64,000 nt of DNA from an uncultured virus (IMG/VR IMGVR_UViG_3300036761_004198) (taxonomy: Duplodnaviria > Heunggongvirae > Uroviricota > Caudoviricetes). Where the stretch lies: IMG/VR virus record IMGVR_UViG_3300036761_004198. The stretch is one strand, 5' to 3'. The notes beneath the pieces were generated by a model. It worked only from the letters and a program-made list of their open reading frames with translations, was not told the DNA's origin and made no database searches. The position numbers and the translations under genes are program-made. Below, in pieces: positions 1 through 11,000 of the stretch (position 1 is its first letter; every line of letters starts with the position of its first letter).

Positions 1-57
1 CGCGGACGCCATCGCCGCCAAGCGCAAGGCTGTCGTTGACGAGTTGGTGGTGCTGGC

Positions 58-423
58 GTGACCGCGTTCGTGCCCAAGCGCTTCCCGCGCACGAAGCTTC
101 CCAGCGGCTGCGTGCTGTCGGACGCGCAGCAGTACCAGTACGACGTCCTGCGATCGGCCGGCGGCAAGCTCATCAAGGGCAGGGACGCCTGGTACCGCGA
201 GGTGCCGTACACCGACGTGAACGAAGCCTCCGGGCTGGTGCGCGAAAAGATCTACGGCCTCAACATCACCGCGATGTGGAAACTCGTGACGTTCGGCCTC
301 GCGGAGTGCGTGGCCGATGCGATCTCCGGCGGCTTCCTGTTCATGCTTCCCGATCTGGCCAAGGACGTCCCCGGTCCGCGCTACCAGAACGTCAACCAGC
401 TCACGCGGGAGATCAAGGCGTGA
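58..423 (+). CDS. hypothetical protein
   Basis: GTG overlaps upstream TGA; high GC3 codon usage. Confidence 0.7.
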   Translation: MTAFVPKRFPRTKLPSGCVLSDAQQYQYDVLRSAGGKLIKGRDAWYREVPYTDVNEASGLVREKIYGLNITAMWKLVTFGLAECVADAISGGFLFMLPDLAKDVPGPRYQNVNQLTREIKA

Positions 424-564
424 TCACGCCGAACGAATTCACTCCGGGCCGTGTTAGCAAGGCACCGCCGCGCGCAGATGGTCGACACATCGGCGCGGAG
501 AGGCAAACGGTCAGGCGGGCTCCGAAGTGCCGCGTGGAAGCCCCCACTTCTTTCGCAACTCCCC

Positions 565-686
565 CGGGTAGCTCATCACCCGGCTCTCGAACGCCACGCG
601 ATCGTGACGCGCGGACACTGGGTGAGCTCGTACCCAGGCTGATCCGCCGCGGGCTTGCAGGATCGCGTGAGCGGCACGCCGCGAGC
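565..686 (+). promoter_or_regulatory. sigma-54-type promoter with two upstream YGGGT-N8-ACCCR palindromes and an IHF-like site
   Basis: CGGGT-agctcatc-ACCCG at 565-582; TGGGT-gagctcgt-ACCCA at 619-636; GG(673)-cacgccgcga-GC(685); same geometry at 20238 and 21603. Confidence 0.7.
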
Positions 687-700
687 AAAGGAGGATCATC

Positions 701-1150
701 ATGGCCCGCTACATGACGTTCCGATTCGACGTGACCGCTCTCACCGAGCGCCAGCGTGAGATCCTCGCTGGCTCGGTGATCGCTCAGTCCGAGGCGAGCG
801 ACTTCGACTACGAGACGAACCAGCAGCAGTGGGAGGACGCGAACTACCCCACCGTCTCGGTGCGCGAGGTCTGTCACTTCTGCGGGCAAGTCGTCGAGAA
901 CGGCGAGTGCGGCGGCGAAGGCGAGGGCATCTGCACCGAGCTGGCGTGCGTGTCCGACTTCGCACTGCCCGGCAAGCTCTCGCCCACGTACAGCGACGAC
1001 GTCGAGGCGTACGTGCGCGACTACTGCGCCGAGCACGGGATCGAGGACTCGCTGGTGCCCTACCGCGCCGACGGGCTGACGTACTACCAGCAGCTCGCGT
1101 ACATGGTGCGCGAGCACCACGACCTCCCCCAGCTCAAGGGAGGCCACTAG
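701..1150 (+). CDS. hypothetical protein with Cys cluster (CxxC)
   Basis: AGGAGG RBS upstream; CHFC...C...C...C motif. Confidence 0.8.
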   Translation: MARYMTFRFDVTALTERQREILAGSVIAQSEASDFDYETNQQQWEDANYPTVSVREVCHFCGQVVENGECGGEGEGICTELACVSDFALPGKLSPTYSDDVEAYVRDYCAEHGIEDSLVPYRADGLTYYQQLAYMVREHHDLPQLKGGH

Positions 1151-2402
1151 TGACGACGACCTACAACCTGGTGGCCCGTGCCATCAAGACCCGCGTCGAC
1201 GCGTTCTCCGATCGTCGGCTGAACGACGGCGACGACGTCTGGCGCGAGCGCGAGCTGGAGCTGCGCTGCGGAGTCGCGGCGACCGCGAACGCGATCGCCG
1301 TCGAATTCCACGCGGCGAACTCGACGTTCGACCTTGCGGGCTTCGCCGCCGCGTGTGGCCTCTACGTGTCCGACGGTCGCGACAACTACAGCGACTGCCA
1401 CCCCGGCGAGCTGACGTGGGAGCGCCCGCGCAGCCCGGAGGTTGCGTCGTGAAGCGCATGAAAGGCTATTTCGACCGCGGCGACCGCATCAACGACGCGA
1501 TCGACTCCCTCGTCTCCGTGAAGTCGAGCTTCGTCGGCGACACGCTTCAGGCACGCGCGCTGATTCTCGCGCTCTGCGACCAGACCGGTGCCTCGATCGA
1601 AGCTCAGCGCGCAGTTGCGGCCCTCCTGTACATGTCAGAAGAGGCGCTGCCGCCCGTCCTCAAGAAGAAGGAAGCGATGCGATGAGCCCCAAACGCTACT
1701 ACGTCGAAGCCGTCGACAACCTCGGCTCGCTCGATCCCGCTCCGCCGCGTGACCGCACGTGGGCCGTCGTAGATCGCGAGACCAGTCACCAGCAATCCGA
1801 TCACACCCGGCGCGCAGACGCGCGCGCCGAGGCCCACCGTCTCAACACCACACAGAAGGAACCCTGACCATGATCGCTCTCTTGAATGCCGTCCTCCAAT
1901 TCGCCCTGCACGTCAACGATCCGAGCTGGGCGTGCGAAGTCACGCACCGCGATCCCAACGTCGCCGGGACCTACTACCTGTACTGCTCGCAGTGGTCTCC
2001 CGATGGGGTCGAGCTGATCGACGTCGGCCGCTTCATCCCCGACGTCCCGACGCATCGTGTGCACAAGGCCCAGCCGTGAGCGCCAAAGCCACCATCGAGA
2101 TCCGCGACGTCATCCAGGTCTGGATCGAGTTCCGCGCGCCCAAGAAGGGTGAGCTGACGTGGAGTGTCCCCGACTGCGTCACGCCCGCCGAGGCGCTGGA
2201 GCACGTGCTCGTGGGGCGCGACGTGTGGTCGGCCGGCGAGGCCGGCTTCGGCTACCGCGCGCCGCGCGACAACACCCCCGAGTTCGAGGACGAGGACGAG
2301 GGCGACGACAACCTGCGGACCCGCAACATCGTCGTGCATGTCGAGTACGTGCGCACCGAGCCCCAGCTCAGCAACGTCATCCCCCACATCAAGCTGCTCT
2401 AG
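1150..2402 (+). other. chain of 5 small coupled hypothetical CDS (1150-1452, 1449-1685, 1682-1867, 1870-2079, 2076-2402)
   Basis: Overlapping or adjacent starts/stops, consistent codon bias. Confidence 0.7.
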
Positions 2403-2411
2403 GAGATCACC

Positions 2412-3938
2412 ATGAGCGACATGTCCAAGAACTGGTTCGACGTCGATCGCAAGGGCCTCGCGAAGCTGATCGAGCGGCGCGGCGGCGAAGGCGGTCGCAG
2501 CGGCGGCGGTAAGATCGCGCTGGTTTTCGAGCTGATCGCGAACGCGCTCGACGCCGACGGAGTCACGCGCGTCGAGGTCCTGCTCGAACCCGAAGAGGGC
2601 GTGCCGCACGCGACGATCGTCGTGCGCGACGACGCGCCGGACGGCTTCGCCGACTTGACGCACGCCTGGACCCTGTTCGCCGAATCGAGCCGCAAGGCGT
2701 ACGCGACCAAGCGCGGGAGATTCAACCTGGGCGAGAAGCTCGTGCTTGCGCTCTGCGTCGAAGCATCGATCATCTCGACAAAGGGCGCGGTGATGTTCGA
2801 CTCGCGCGGGCGGCACAGCATGAAGGCCCGGCGACCGGCGGGCACCGAGTTCATGGGCATCGCGCGCATCACGCGCGCCGAGCTGGCCGAGATCAAGATC
2901 GGCCTCCAGATGCTCATCGTCCCGGCCGGCATCACGGTAGCCGTCAACGGCGAGGAGCTGCCGAAGCGGACCGCGCTAAAGACCGTCGAGGCGACGCTGG
3001 CGACCGAAATCGCCGACGACGAGGGGACGCTCCGGCGGTCGTCTCGCAAGACGACGGTGAACGTCTACGAGCCGCTGCCGGGAGAGGTCGCGATGCTCTT
3101 CGAGATGGGCATCCCGGTCGTCGAGACCGGCGACAAGTTCCACGTCGACGCGCAGCAAAAGGTCCCGCTCAACATGGACCGCGACAACGTGACGCCTGCG
3201 TACCTGCGGGACATCCGCACGCTCGTCGTGAACGCGATGCACGATCGGCTCACCGAGGACGACGGCAACGCCACGTTCGTCAACGAAGCGCTGGGCGATG
3301 AGAACGTGGCGCCCGAAGCTGCGAACAAGGCCCTCGACCTCAAGTTCACCAAGAAGCGCGCGATCTGGGACCCGAGCGATCCCGAAGCGAACATGAACTT
3401 GGAGAGCCAGGGCTACACCCTGATCAAGGGCGGGCAGCTCACCAAGGACCAGTGGGCCAACGCCAAGAAGCACGACACGAACCTCAAGCCCGCGGGACAG
3501 ATCGCTCCGACCAAGAAGGCACTGTTCGCACCCGGTGGCGAAGATCGCTGGGTGCCCCGCGAGAAGTGGACCCCGGCGATGCACGCGGTCGCCGAGTACA
3601 CGATCGACGTCTGCCGCGATCTGCTCGATAAGCCCGTGTCGGTCTCGATCCTCTCCGACATCACGGAGAGCTACGCGGCGTGCTTCGGGGACCTCGGCTT
3701 CGTGTTCAACCTCGGCCGGCTCGGCCATGCCTGGTTCAACAACGCCATGAACGCGGCGGTGAACGGCGAGTCCCGCCCATCCGTCGAGCTGAACCAGCTC
3801 ATCATCCACGAGCTGGGCCACCACTTCCAGCCCAACCACCTCGATGGGCGCTACCACGACGCGCTGTGCAGCCTCGGCGCGAAGCTGACCCAGCTCGCGC
3901 TGTCCAAACCGAAACTGTTCTACCGCGAGGTGAAGTGA
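2412..3938 (+). CDS. GHKL (HATPase_c/Hsp90-like) ATPase with C-terminal HExxH zincin-like domain
   Basis: ELIANALDA (N box), VRDDAPDGF (G1), KRGRFNLGEK (G2); C-terminal IIHELGHH...H...H; AGGAG RBS. Confidence 0.75.
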   Translation: MSDMSKNWFDVDRKGLAKLIERRGGEGGRSGGGKIALVFELIANALDADGVTRVEVLLEPEEGVPHATIVVRDDAPDGFADLTHAWTLFAESSRKAYATKRGRFNLGEKLVLALCVEASIISTKGAVMFDSRGRHSMKARRPAGTEFMGIARITRAELAEIKIGLQMLIVPAGITVAVNGEELPKRTALKTVEATLATEIADDEGTLRRSSRKTTVNVYEPLPGEVAMLFEMGIPVVETGDKFHVDAQQKVPLNMDRDNVTPAYLRDIRTLVVNAMHDRLTEDDGNATFVNEALGDENVAPEAANKALDLKFTKKRAIWDPSDPEANMNLESQGYTLIKGGQLTKDQWANAKKHDTNLKPAGQIAPTKKALFAPGGEDRWVPREKWTPAMHAVAEYTIDVCRDLLDKPVSVSILSDITESYAACFGDLGFVFNLGRLGHAWFNNAMNAAVNGESRPSVELNQLIIHELGHHFQPNHLDGRYHDALCSLGAKLTQLALSKPKLFYREVK

Positions 3939-3939
3939 C

Positions 3940-4889
3940 ATGCGCGCACGAGACGCCAACGCGGACAAGGTCATCGCCGCGACGCGCGTCGCCTTTCAGG
4001 AGGCGGCGAACAACTACAACGGGCTGCCTGCTACGTGGTGGCGGTTGCATAACGCGGCGCTCGCCTACGTCTCGGCGCTCACGACTGACGGCGCGGACGG
4101 TCACATCTTCAACAAGAGCGATCGTCCGAAGTGGTTGGAGTTCATGCGCTCCAATAGTCACGCGATCGCAGGTGCGCTGTTGGAGCTGAACGAGCCTGCC
4201 GTGCCCGCGCCGCGCAAGATCCGACGGTCGAGGAAGGCGGCCTAGAGTGCTCACCGCGAAGCAGCTCAAGTCGATGTTGCCGCGCGAGCTGAAGCTCGCG
4301 ATGGCGAAGCGCGAGGCCGTCATCGCGCAGTACCACCGCGAGGCGCGCCAGCTCAAGCGCGAGATCGAGAAGCGATCGCCACGCGAGGTGCACTTCCGCA
4401 TCGAGATGGACGGGAACAGCTACCCGGGCATCTGCTTCGAGACCGTCGACTCACCGTGCCGCCGGCATCCCGACGGCCAGCGACACCGCATCCACCCGCG
4501 CGGGCCCCAGAACCAGACAAGGTACCCCCAGGATCTCTGCGCCGACGAGGTCGAAGCCTGGATGGTGCGCGAAGGGATCACGCACGTCGTCTCCGAGAGC
4601 GAGGACACCGAGACGACCCCCGAGAGCCTTGCCGCCGGGCGCTACACGCGCGTGCAGTTCATCAAGTGGTGGCGCCTCTTGGAAGAGGACGACTGAAATG
4701 TCCGTGATCGTCAAGGCCAAGAAGGTCGACGGCAAGCCGATCAAGATCCACGAAGACCGGTTCGGCGCGCGCCGCTACTGGGCGATGGTCGACGGCACCG
4801 CCCTATTTCAGCGCGGACGCATGCGGCTCCGCACGTTCACGACCGTGGAAGCGGCGTGGAAGGCCGCGCTCGAGGAGGTCCGATCGTGA
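3940..4889 (+). other. three hypothetical CDS (3940-4245, 4247-4696, 4698-4889)
   Basis: Adjacent ORFs with coding-like bias. Confidence 0.65.
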
Positions 4890-5074
4890 AAGAAGATCGC
4901 CGAGTCGGCCGTCGTGTGCGGCTCATCCGCTGCTCTGATCCCTATTCGTCCAACCCATCCGGCCTCGAAGGGACGGTCACGATGGTCGACGACCTCGGGA
5001 CCGTCCACGTCCGCTGGGACAACGGCTCGACGCTCGGTCTCGTTCCGGGCGAGGACCGCTGGGAGGAGATCTGA
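4886..5074 (+). CDS. DUF4314-like small protein
   Basis: GRRVRLI..DPY....G..GTV..VDDLGTVHVRWDNGSTLGLVPGED pattern. Confidence 0.75.
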   Translation: MKEDRRVGRRVRLIRCSDPYSSNPSGLEGTVTMVDDLGTVHVRWDNGSTLGLVPGEDRWEEI

Positions 5075-8000
5075 TGACGTACAAGGTCCACGTCGATCAA
5101 TCGCGGAAGGTTCAAGCAACGCTGAGTGCGCAGCCACGAGAACTGCAAACCATGAAGACCATCAAGACCACCCATGCGCGGCGCGCGGCGCTGCGAGGTG
5201 CGCGGTGAAGCGCGTCTACACGATCTGGCCGGCCGACCGGGAAGGCATGCCCGCATCGACGGCGAGCGCTTGGCGTCAAGAGGCCCGTTGGCTCGTGCTC
5301 GACGTCAGCGACGGCCTCGACGCAGCGCACGTCGTCGAGGGGCCCGTCTCGCGAGAGACGGCGCTCCGCCGCGAGCTGGAGGTGCGGGCGATCGCTAGGG
5401 CGACGGCGAAGACGCGGGCGCAAGAAGCTGTCACCGCACGAGCGGCGGCAGCGAGCAACGGAGGAAAGTGATCATGTCCAACAAGTCAGATCGAAAGTTC
5501 GACACCTGGGAATGGGTCGATCAGAGCGTCGCCCCGAAGAAGCTCAGCTTCGAGGTACGCATGGAGCGTCCCAACAACGTCGCAGAGGGGCCGATCCGCT
5601 ACTACGTCAAGAGCGCGGATCCCCTGGTTCACGTCGAGGCACCCGACCTGGGCCCCTTGCGCGACAAACTGGACGCCGCAGTGCGCTCGTTCTACGCCGT
5701 CGCGTGGGAGCGCGTGCTCGTCGTGCGTGTTGAGCAGAAGCTGCCCGATGAAGGTGGTGCCAGCGCCGCGCTCGAGATCGCCTCGGTCGAGCGCGGGGTG
5801 CTCCAGGGCCAACCGGTGTTCCGCAAGACGAAGCCCAAGAGCGATCGCCACCCCAGTGGCTACGAGTACGCGATCCAGCACGGAGCAATTCCGCCTGTGT
5901 TCAAGTCCTACGGACGCGAGGATATCCCGCAGTACGTGCTCCCCGATACGCCCGAGGTGTGCGCGTTGCTCGAACAGGAGAAAGCGTGCCTCGTCGCGTG
6001 GGCCGCCGACCTGATCGACAAGATCACGACGGCGCAGCGCGCAAACGCGAAAGAGGTCCCGTGACCGAGGACAAGGTCTCGCTCGCGCGCAAGCGTGCAG
6101 AGCTCGTCGAAAGTCTAGCCCCCCACCGACAGCTGCCGCCCGAAGAGCGCGTGTGCCTCCAGGGCGATCTGTCGGTCATCAACGCCAAGATCAAGGCGCT
6201 TAACACGACCGAGGCCGCGCGCGCCAAGGCGGCAGCCGATCGCCGCAAGGTCGCGGGCCTGACGGAAGCGCAGGCAAACGCGTCGCGGGCAAAGGCCAAG
6301 ATCAATGGCAGCGTCCTGCACGAAGACGAGCCCGAAGACGACGACCCCGGCCAGACCGCCGCGATCGACGGCTGGATCGACGCAGTGCTTCTGCGGCACG
6401 ACGTCGAGTTCGCACGCGACGCGAAGGGAAGGCTCATGGTGACCAGCGATCCGAAGCGCCAGGCACCGATGCCGCAGAATCTCGCCGCCGCCATCGAGCT
6501 GCTCGTCACCGGCGTCTACGCCGCCGCGCGCGGACAGGAGCTGCCCGAGTTGCCGAGTATGCCTTCCCCGCCGAAGCCCTCGAAGGCACCGAAGCCCAAG
6601 AAGCGCTGAGGGACCCGCCCCGGGTACCAATTCACCCATTACGCGACGACCTGCTCGCCCGCTACAAGGAAGATCGAACGTGACGAAGAAGGCCATCACC
6701 GACACGACCAAGCTCTCGTCCGAGCTGCACTTCGCCGTCGCCGCGACGAACGCGGACCCCGTGGAACCTCCCGGCTGCGTCTGCGCTAACTGCGGCCACG
6801 AGCAGCCGACCATGGCCCCGTGCGCGAAGTGCCGATCGGTCCGCGTCGTGCTCGTCAGCGTCATCCGCGACCTCTTCGGTGAGGACTGGCGGAGTGCCTT
6901 CGCACCGGAGGCGCCGTGAGCAAGAAGCCCGTCAACCAGCAGGCCGCGGACTACCGTTCCACGCGCGGCACAGTGGTCAGCACCTCGTCCAGGAAGGAGC
7001 ACACGCTGCCATGAGCAAACGCAAACCTTCGAGCACGCCGTCGCCCGACGCTCTGACCGTGGTGCCTGGCCGCGAGGTCACCTACCACAACGTGCCGGCA
7101 CCAAAGCCCGGGCGTGTCGCTACGAAACTGACGACCAAGCGCGAAGTCCGGGCGGCACCACGCCACAAGCACCAGCGCCGGATCCAGATCTCCGTGGTCC
7201 TGCCCGCCAGCGTGGAGATCCTCGTCGGCACGAACGATGACGATCCGAGCGAGGACAGCGACTGGGAGATCCTCTCCGTCCGATCGGCGAGCTGCGAAGC
7301 GTCGCCGCGGATGGTCCAAGAGAACATGCATGACGTCGACTTCGAGGCGCTCGCTGCTGCCGCGGCGAGCGCAGAGGACGAAGCGTGAAGCCCCTCGACA
7401 GCAACGAGCGCCAGCTCGCGGAGGCCACGGCGCGCGTGATCGCCATGGCCGAGGAGATCGGCCTGCCCGATGCGCCCGACAAGCTCGGTGTCACACCCCT
7501 CGCGATCCGGCTGCTCGCGCGTGCCCATGTCGATCTGTGCGACCAGGTCCGCGTGCTCCACGACCTCGTGGACATGACCGATCCGACCAACGCGGTCGCG
7601 ATCGCGATCGCCAAGATCGATCTCGCCCGCCGCCCACCCGAGTGGACCGAGCCACGGCTCGTTCAGTCCCCGGCGCAGATCACCGCAATGAGCGTCGACG
7701 ATCTGCTCACGATCTACTGCCGCGTCATGGGCGAGGTCGCCGAGGTCTTCGTCAAGTACGAGACTTACATCGTCCGTCAATGGGACGGCATGGACGGTTG
7801 CTGGACCGACGGCACGGGTGAGGTCGGTCGCGAGGAGGCGCTGCGCGTCTGGGCCGAGCGCACCGACGGAGGCACGCGTTGCGTCGCGTACGCCGAGATC
7901 GACTACTACCGAATCTTTCCCGGCGGCACGCGCATGCACTGGGACGGGGCCGCGGGTCGGGAGATGCACCGATGAAGATGAAGCTGACCGCCGCAGAGCG

Positions 8001-11000
8001 CCGTGCAGGCGTCGACCTGCGTGACGTCCTCGGCCCCCTCGGACCCAAGACGCCCAAGCCGCGTGCAACGAAGAAGACGAAGAAGTCGCCCCCGGCCGAA
8101 TTCCGCCCGATCGAGTTCATCGAGACCACGCTCCACGATCCCATTCGCGATCGCTGGGAGCCTGGCTGCGACGATGGCGGCGTGCGCCTCTACTGCACGT
8201 CGAGCCCGCTCACGCACGGCGCGGACAACGGGCGCTGGGCGCTTCAGGTCTGCGCGCAGGTGAAGACGCGCCGGAGCGGTCGGGGCAAGCACTTCGCGGT
8301 CGGCACCGCCTCGATGTCACGCGAGGATCTCCTCTGGTTGCGCGGGCTGATCGATGCCGCGCTGCGGGAGAAGTCGTGAAAACTGTCGACTACTTCCTCG
8401 GTGCGGGTCCTCATGCGGCCACGCGCGTCGAGCATCCTGCCGGCACCGTCGAGATCCGCATGTTCAACGGCACCCTCGTTGGACACGGCAACACGCCACG
8501 CGAAGCCGCCGTCCATCTCGCAGAGCAGCTCCGTACGATCGCCCGGCTCGTCGAAGGACACGAAGGCGACATCGCACGGCACAAGGAGCCGCGATGAGGA
8601 CCCAGGGCCCTCGCATGAACCCCGCGCGCACACGCGAGGTCCTCGACAAGCTCGACATCGCCGTCGAGAAGTCCAACGGTAACGTCATCGAGATCCACCG
8701 GACGATTTGCCCTGGCGGGGTCCTCTCTCTCATGACGACCGAGCGCTGGCAGCTCCGCACCACGGGCGGGATTGTCGCCGACGCTGCCGAGGTCTGGCTC
8801 GCGCCAGTCGTGCGCCGCCTGGCGCCTCTTCACGGCGAGCCCTACAAGCCGCGGGGCCCCTACTGGAACAAGACCCAGCTCAAGAAGGCCCTGCGCACAT
8901 GGCGGAGGGGCGAATGAGTGGCGTTCGTCGACCGAAGTCCCAGACGAAGACATGCGCGCACTGCAAGCGCCGCCGGCCTCGCCTGAAGATCGAGTGGCAT
9001 CCCGGGATCCAGGAGTGGCAGTGCTCGGACTTCACGAGCTGCGACGAAGTCATCGAGCGCAATCGGAGGGGCGAATGAGCGATCGCCACGACACGTGGGT
9101 CAAGCGACACGACCACGTCAACTGTCACACCTCCCTGACGTGGCCGCTGGCGAAGGGGGACTGCGGCACCCGGTACGAGGCTCACTGCTCGTGCGGCTTC
9201 GGCCAGGGAGCGAGCTGCCACGAGCAAGCAGACGCGATCGGCCGCGGGCACCGCGCGAACCCGACCGCACCCGTGATCTCGTGGGAGCCGGGACCGCCGC
9301 TGACTGCTGCCACGATCACTGATCAAGACCTACGGGACCTGTTCGCACGACACTGCGAATGCCGCCCGATCGATCTGGAGCGTGGCGAAGGTGACCACGC
9401 CGCGATCCACGACTGCGACACGGGGATCCTGTCCGACGTCCAGTACGCGCTCGGTATCGTCCTGTTCAACGACATCGGCCGCGTGCAGGCGATCCGCGAG
9501 GCGCGTGGCCGCTGCGCCGAGGTCATCAACGCGGCACGGGAGCGTCGGTGATGTCCCGGCAGCGCGCACAGGCGCACGCGCGCCGAGCCCACTACTGCTC
9601 ATGCGGCTTCATCATTCACGGCAATGGGGCGAAGTGGGCGCACCAGAGCAAGCACCAACGCGCCGAAGATGGTCATCGCTGGTGGACCACGACGCAATGG
9701 GACGCCCACGGCCGACCATTCCTCAACCATCCCAATCCCAATTTGCGACGCCCGATTGTCAGGAATGACCCGTGACCAAGAACACCCCCACCAAGAGCGA
9801 CACGCCCCAGGATCGCCTCACGCGCATCTGCGACGACATGATCGCCACGTTCAACCAGCACCCCGAAAAGCGCGCGGCCGATCGCGCGATTGTGTTCCTC
9901 GTCGACGAGGTCAAGGGCGGCATTGGCATCGCGGGCTACGACGACGACAAGGACGCCCTCGTGGACCTGATCGTCCACCTGCGCGCGATCTTCCGCGCAC
10001 GCGGCCAAGATCTCCACTTCGTGCCCGTCGGCACCACGCCGCCGAAGGACCGCGCGTGAAGACGGTGTACCAGATCCGCGTCGAAGGGCCGAAGCGCACG
10101 TTCGACAGCAGGGGCCACTTCTTCAGCAAGCGTGTGTTCATCTCGCTGGAGCATGCGAAAGCGTTCGCTCCTGGGTTCGCAGAGCGCTGCTGCGGGGACG
10201 GCTTCCACGACCTGGAGAGCGTGACCGACACCAAGTTCGTAGAGCTCGAACTGCACGAGGAAATCTAGGTGCGCCTCAACCTTCGCAAGATCAACCGGCT
10301 CATCCGCGAGGCATGGGACAAGGGGCAGCGCGAGGCGCTCCGCGGCGCCGGCAAGTCGTCGTGCTACTCGTGGAGCGATCGGGTCGCGCGCGACTTCTTC
10401 CCGGACATCGATCCACAAGAGGTCACGCGCATCGCGAAGGGCCAGGCGCGCCTGCGCTGGGACGCCGAGAAGCGCGAGGTCGTGATCGTACCGATCGGCA
10501 CCCCCGAGACCCCCGAGGAGACGCCGTGAAAGAAAAGCCCCAGACCCTCGCGCAGCGCGTCGCCAACGCGGCGTGGCTGCGCGGGCAAATCGTCGAGCTT
10601 GTTGCCGACTGCGACGAGAACATCGCCGAAGACCAGGAGCTAGCCGCCAAGGAGCGCGATGACGTCCGACGCGGCAGGTATCTCGCGAGCGTCGAGATCA
10701 ACAACCACTGGAAGCGGCAGCTCGAGCGCGTCCTTGCCGGAAAGAACTCCGCAGAGGACCTCGCTGACACCCTGAAGGCCCTGGAGGAGGTCCACCCATG
10801 AAACCTTCCATCTATCTCGTCGTCGAACGCCCCGACGGTCGTCGCTCTGAAGCCGAGATCGAAGGCGACCCGGTCACGCGCGACATGCTCGACGCAGCCG
10901 AAGATCTCCTCTCCACCCTCACGACCGGGGATCGCCCTGCGATCAAGGGTCTCTACGAGCTGTGCGCGAAGGCGTTCGGCACGACGCACGAGGACGCCAA

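Noticed and set aside
424..700. Structured ncRNA or riboswitch (hairpins; CACGCGATC/GATCGCGTG pairing; GGCAAAC)
   Set aside because: The hairpins are better explained as DNA operator palindromes shared with two other promoters, and no complete riboswitch or tRNA consensus is present. An RNA role is not fully excluded.
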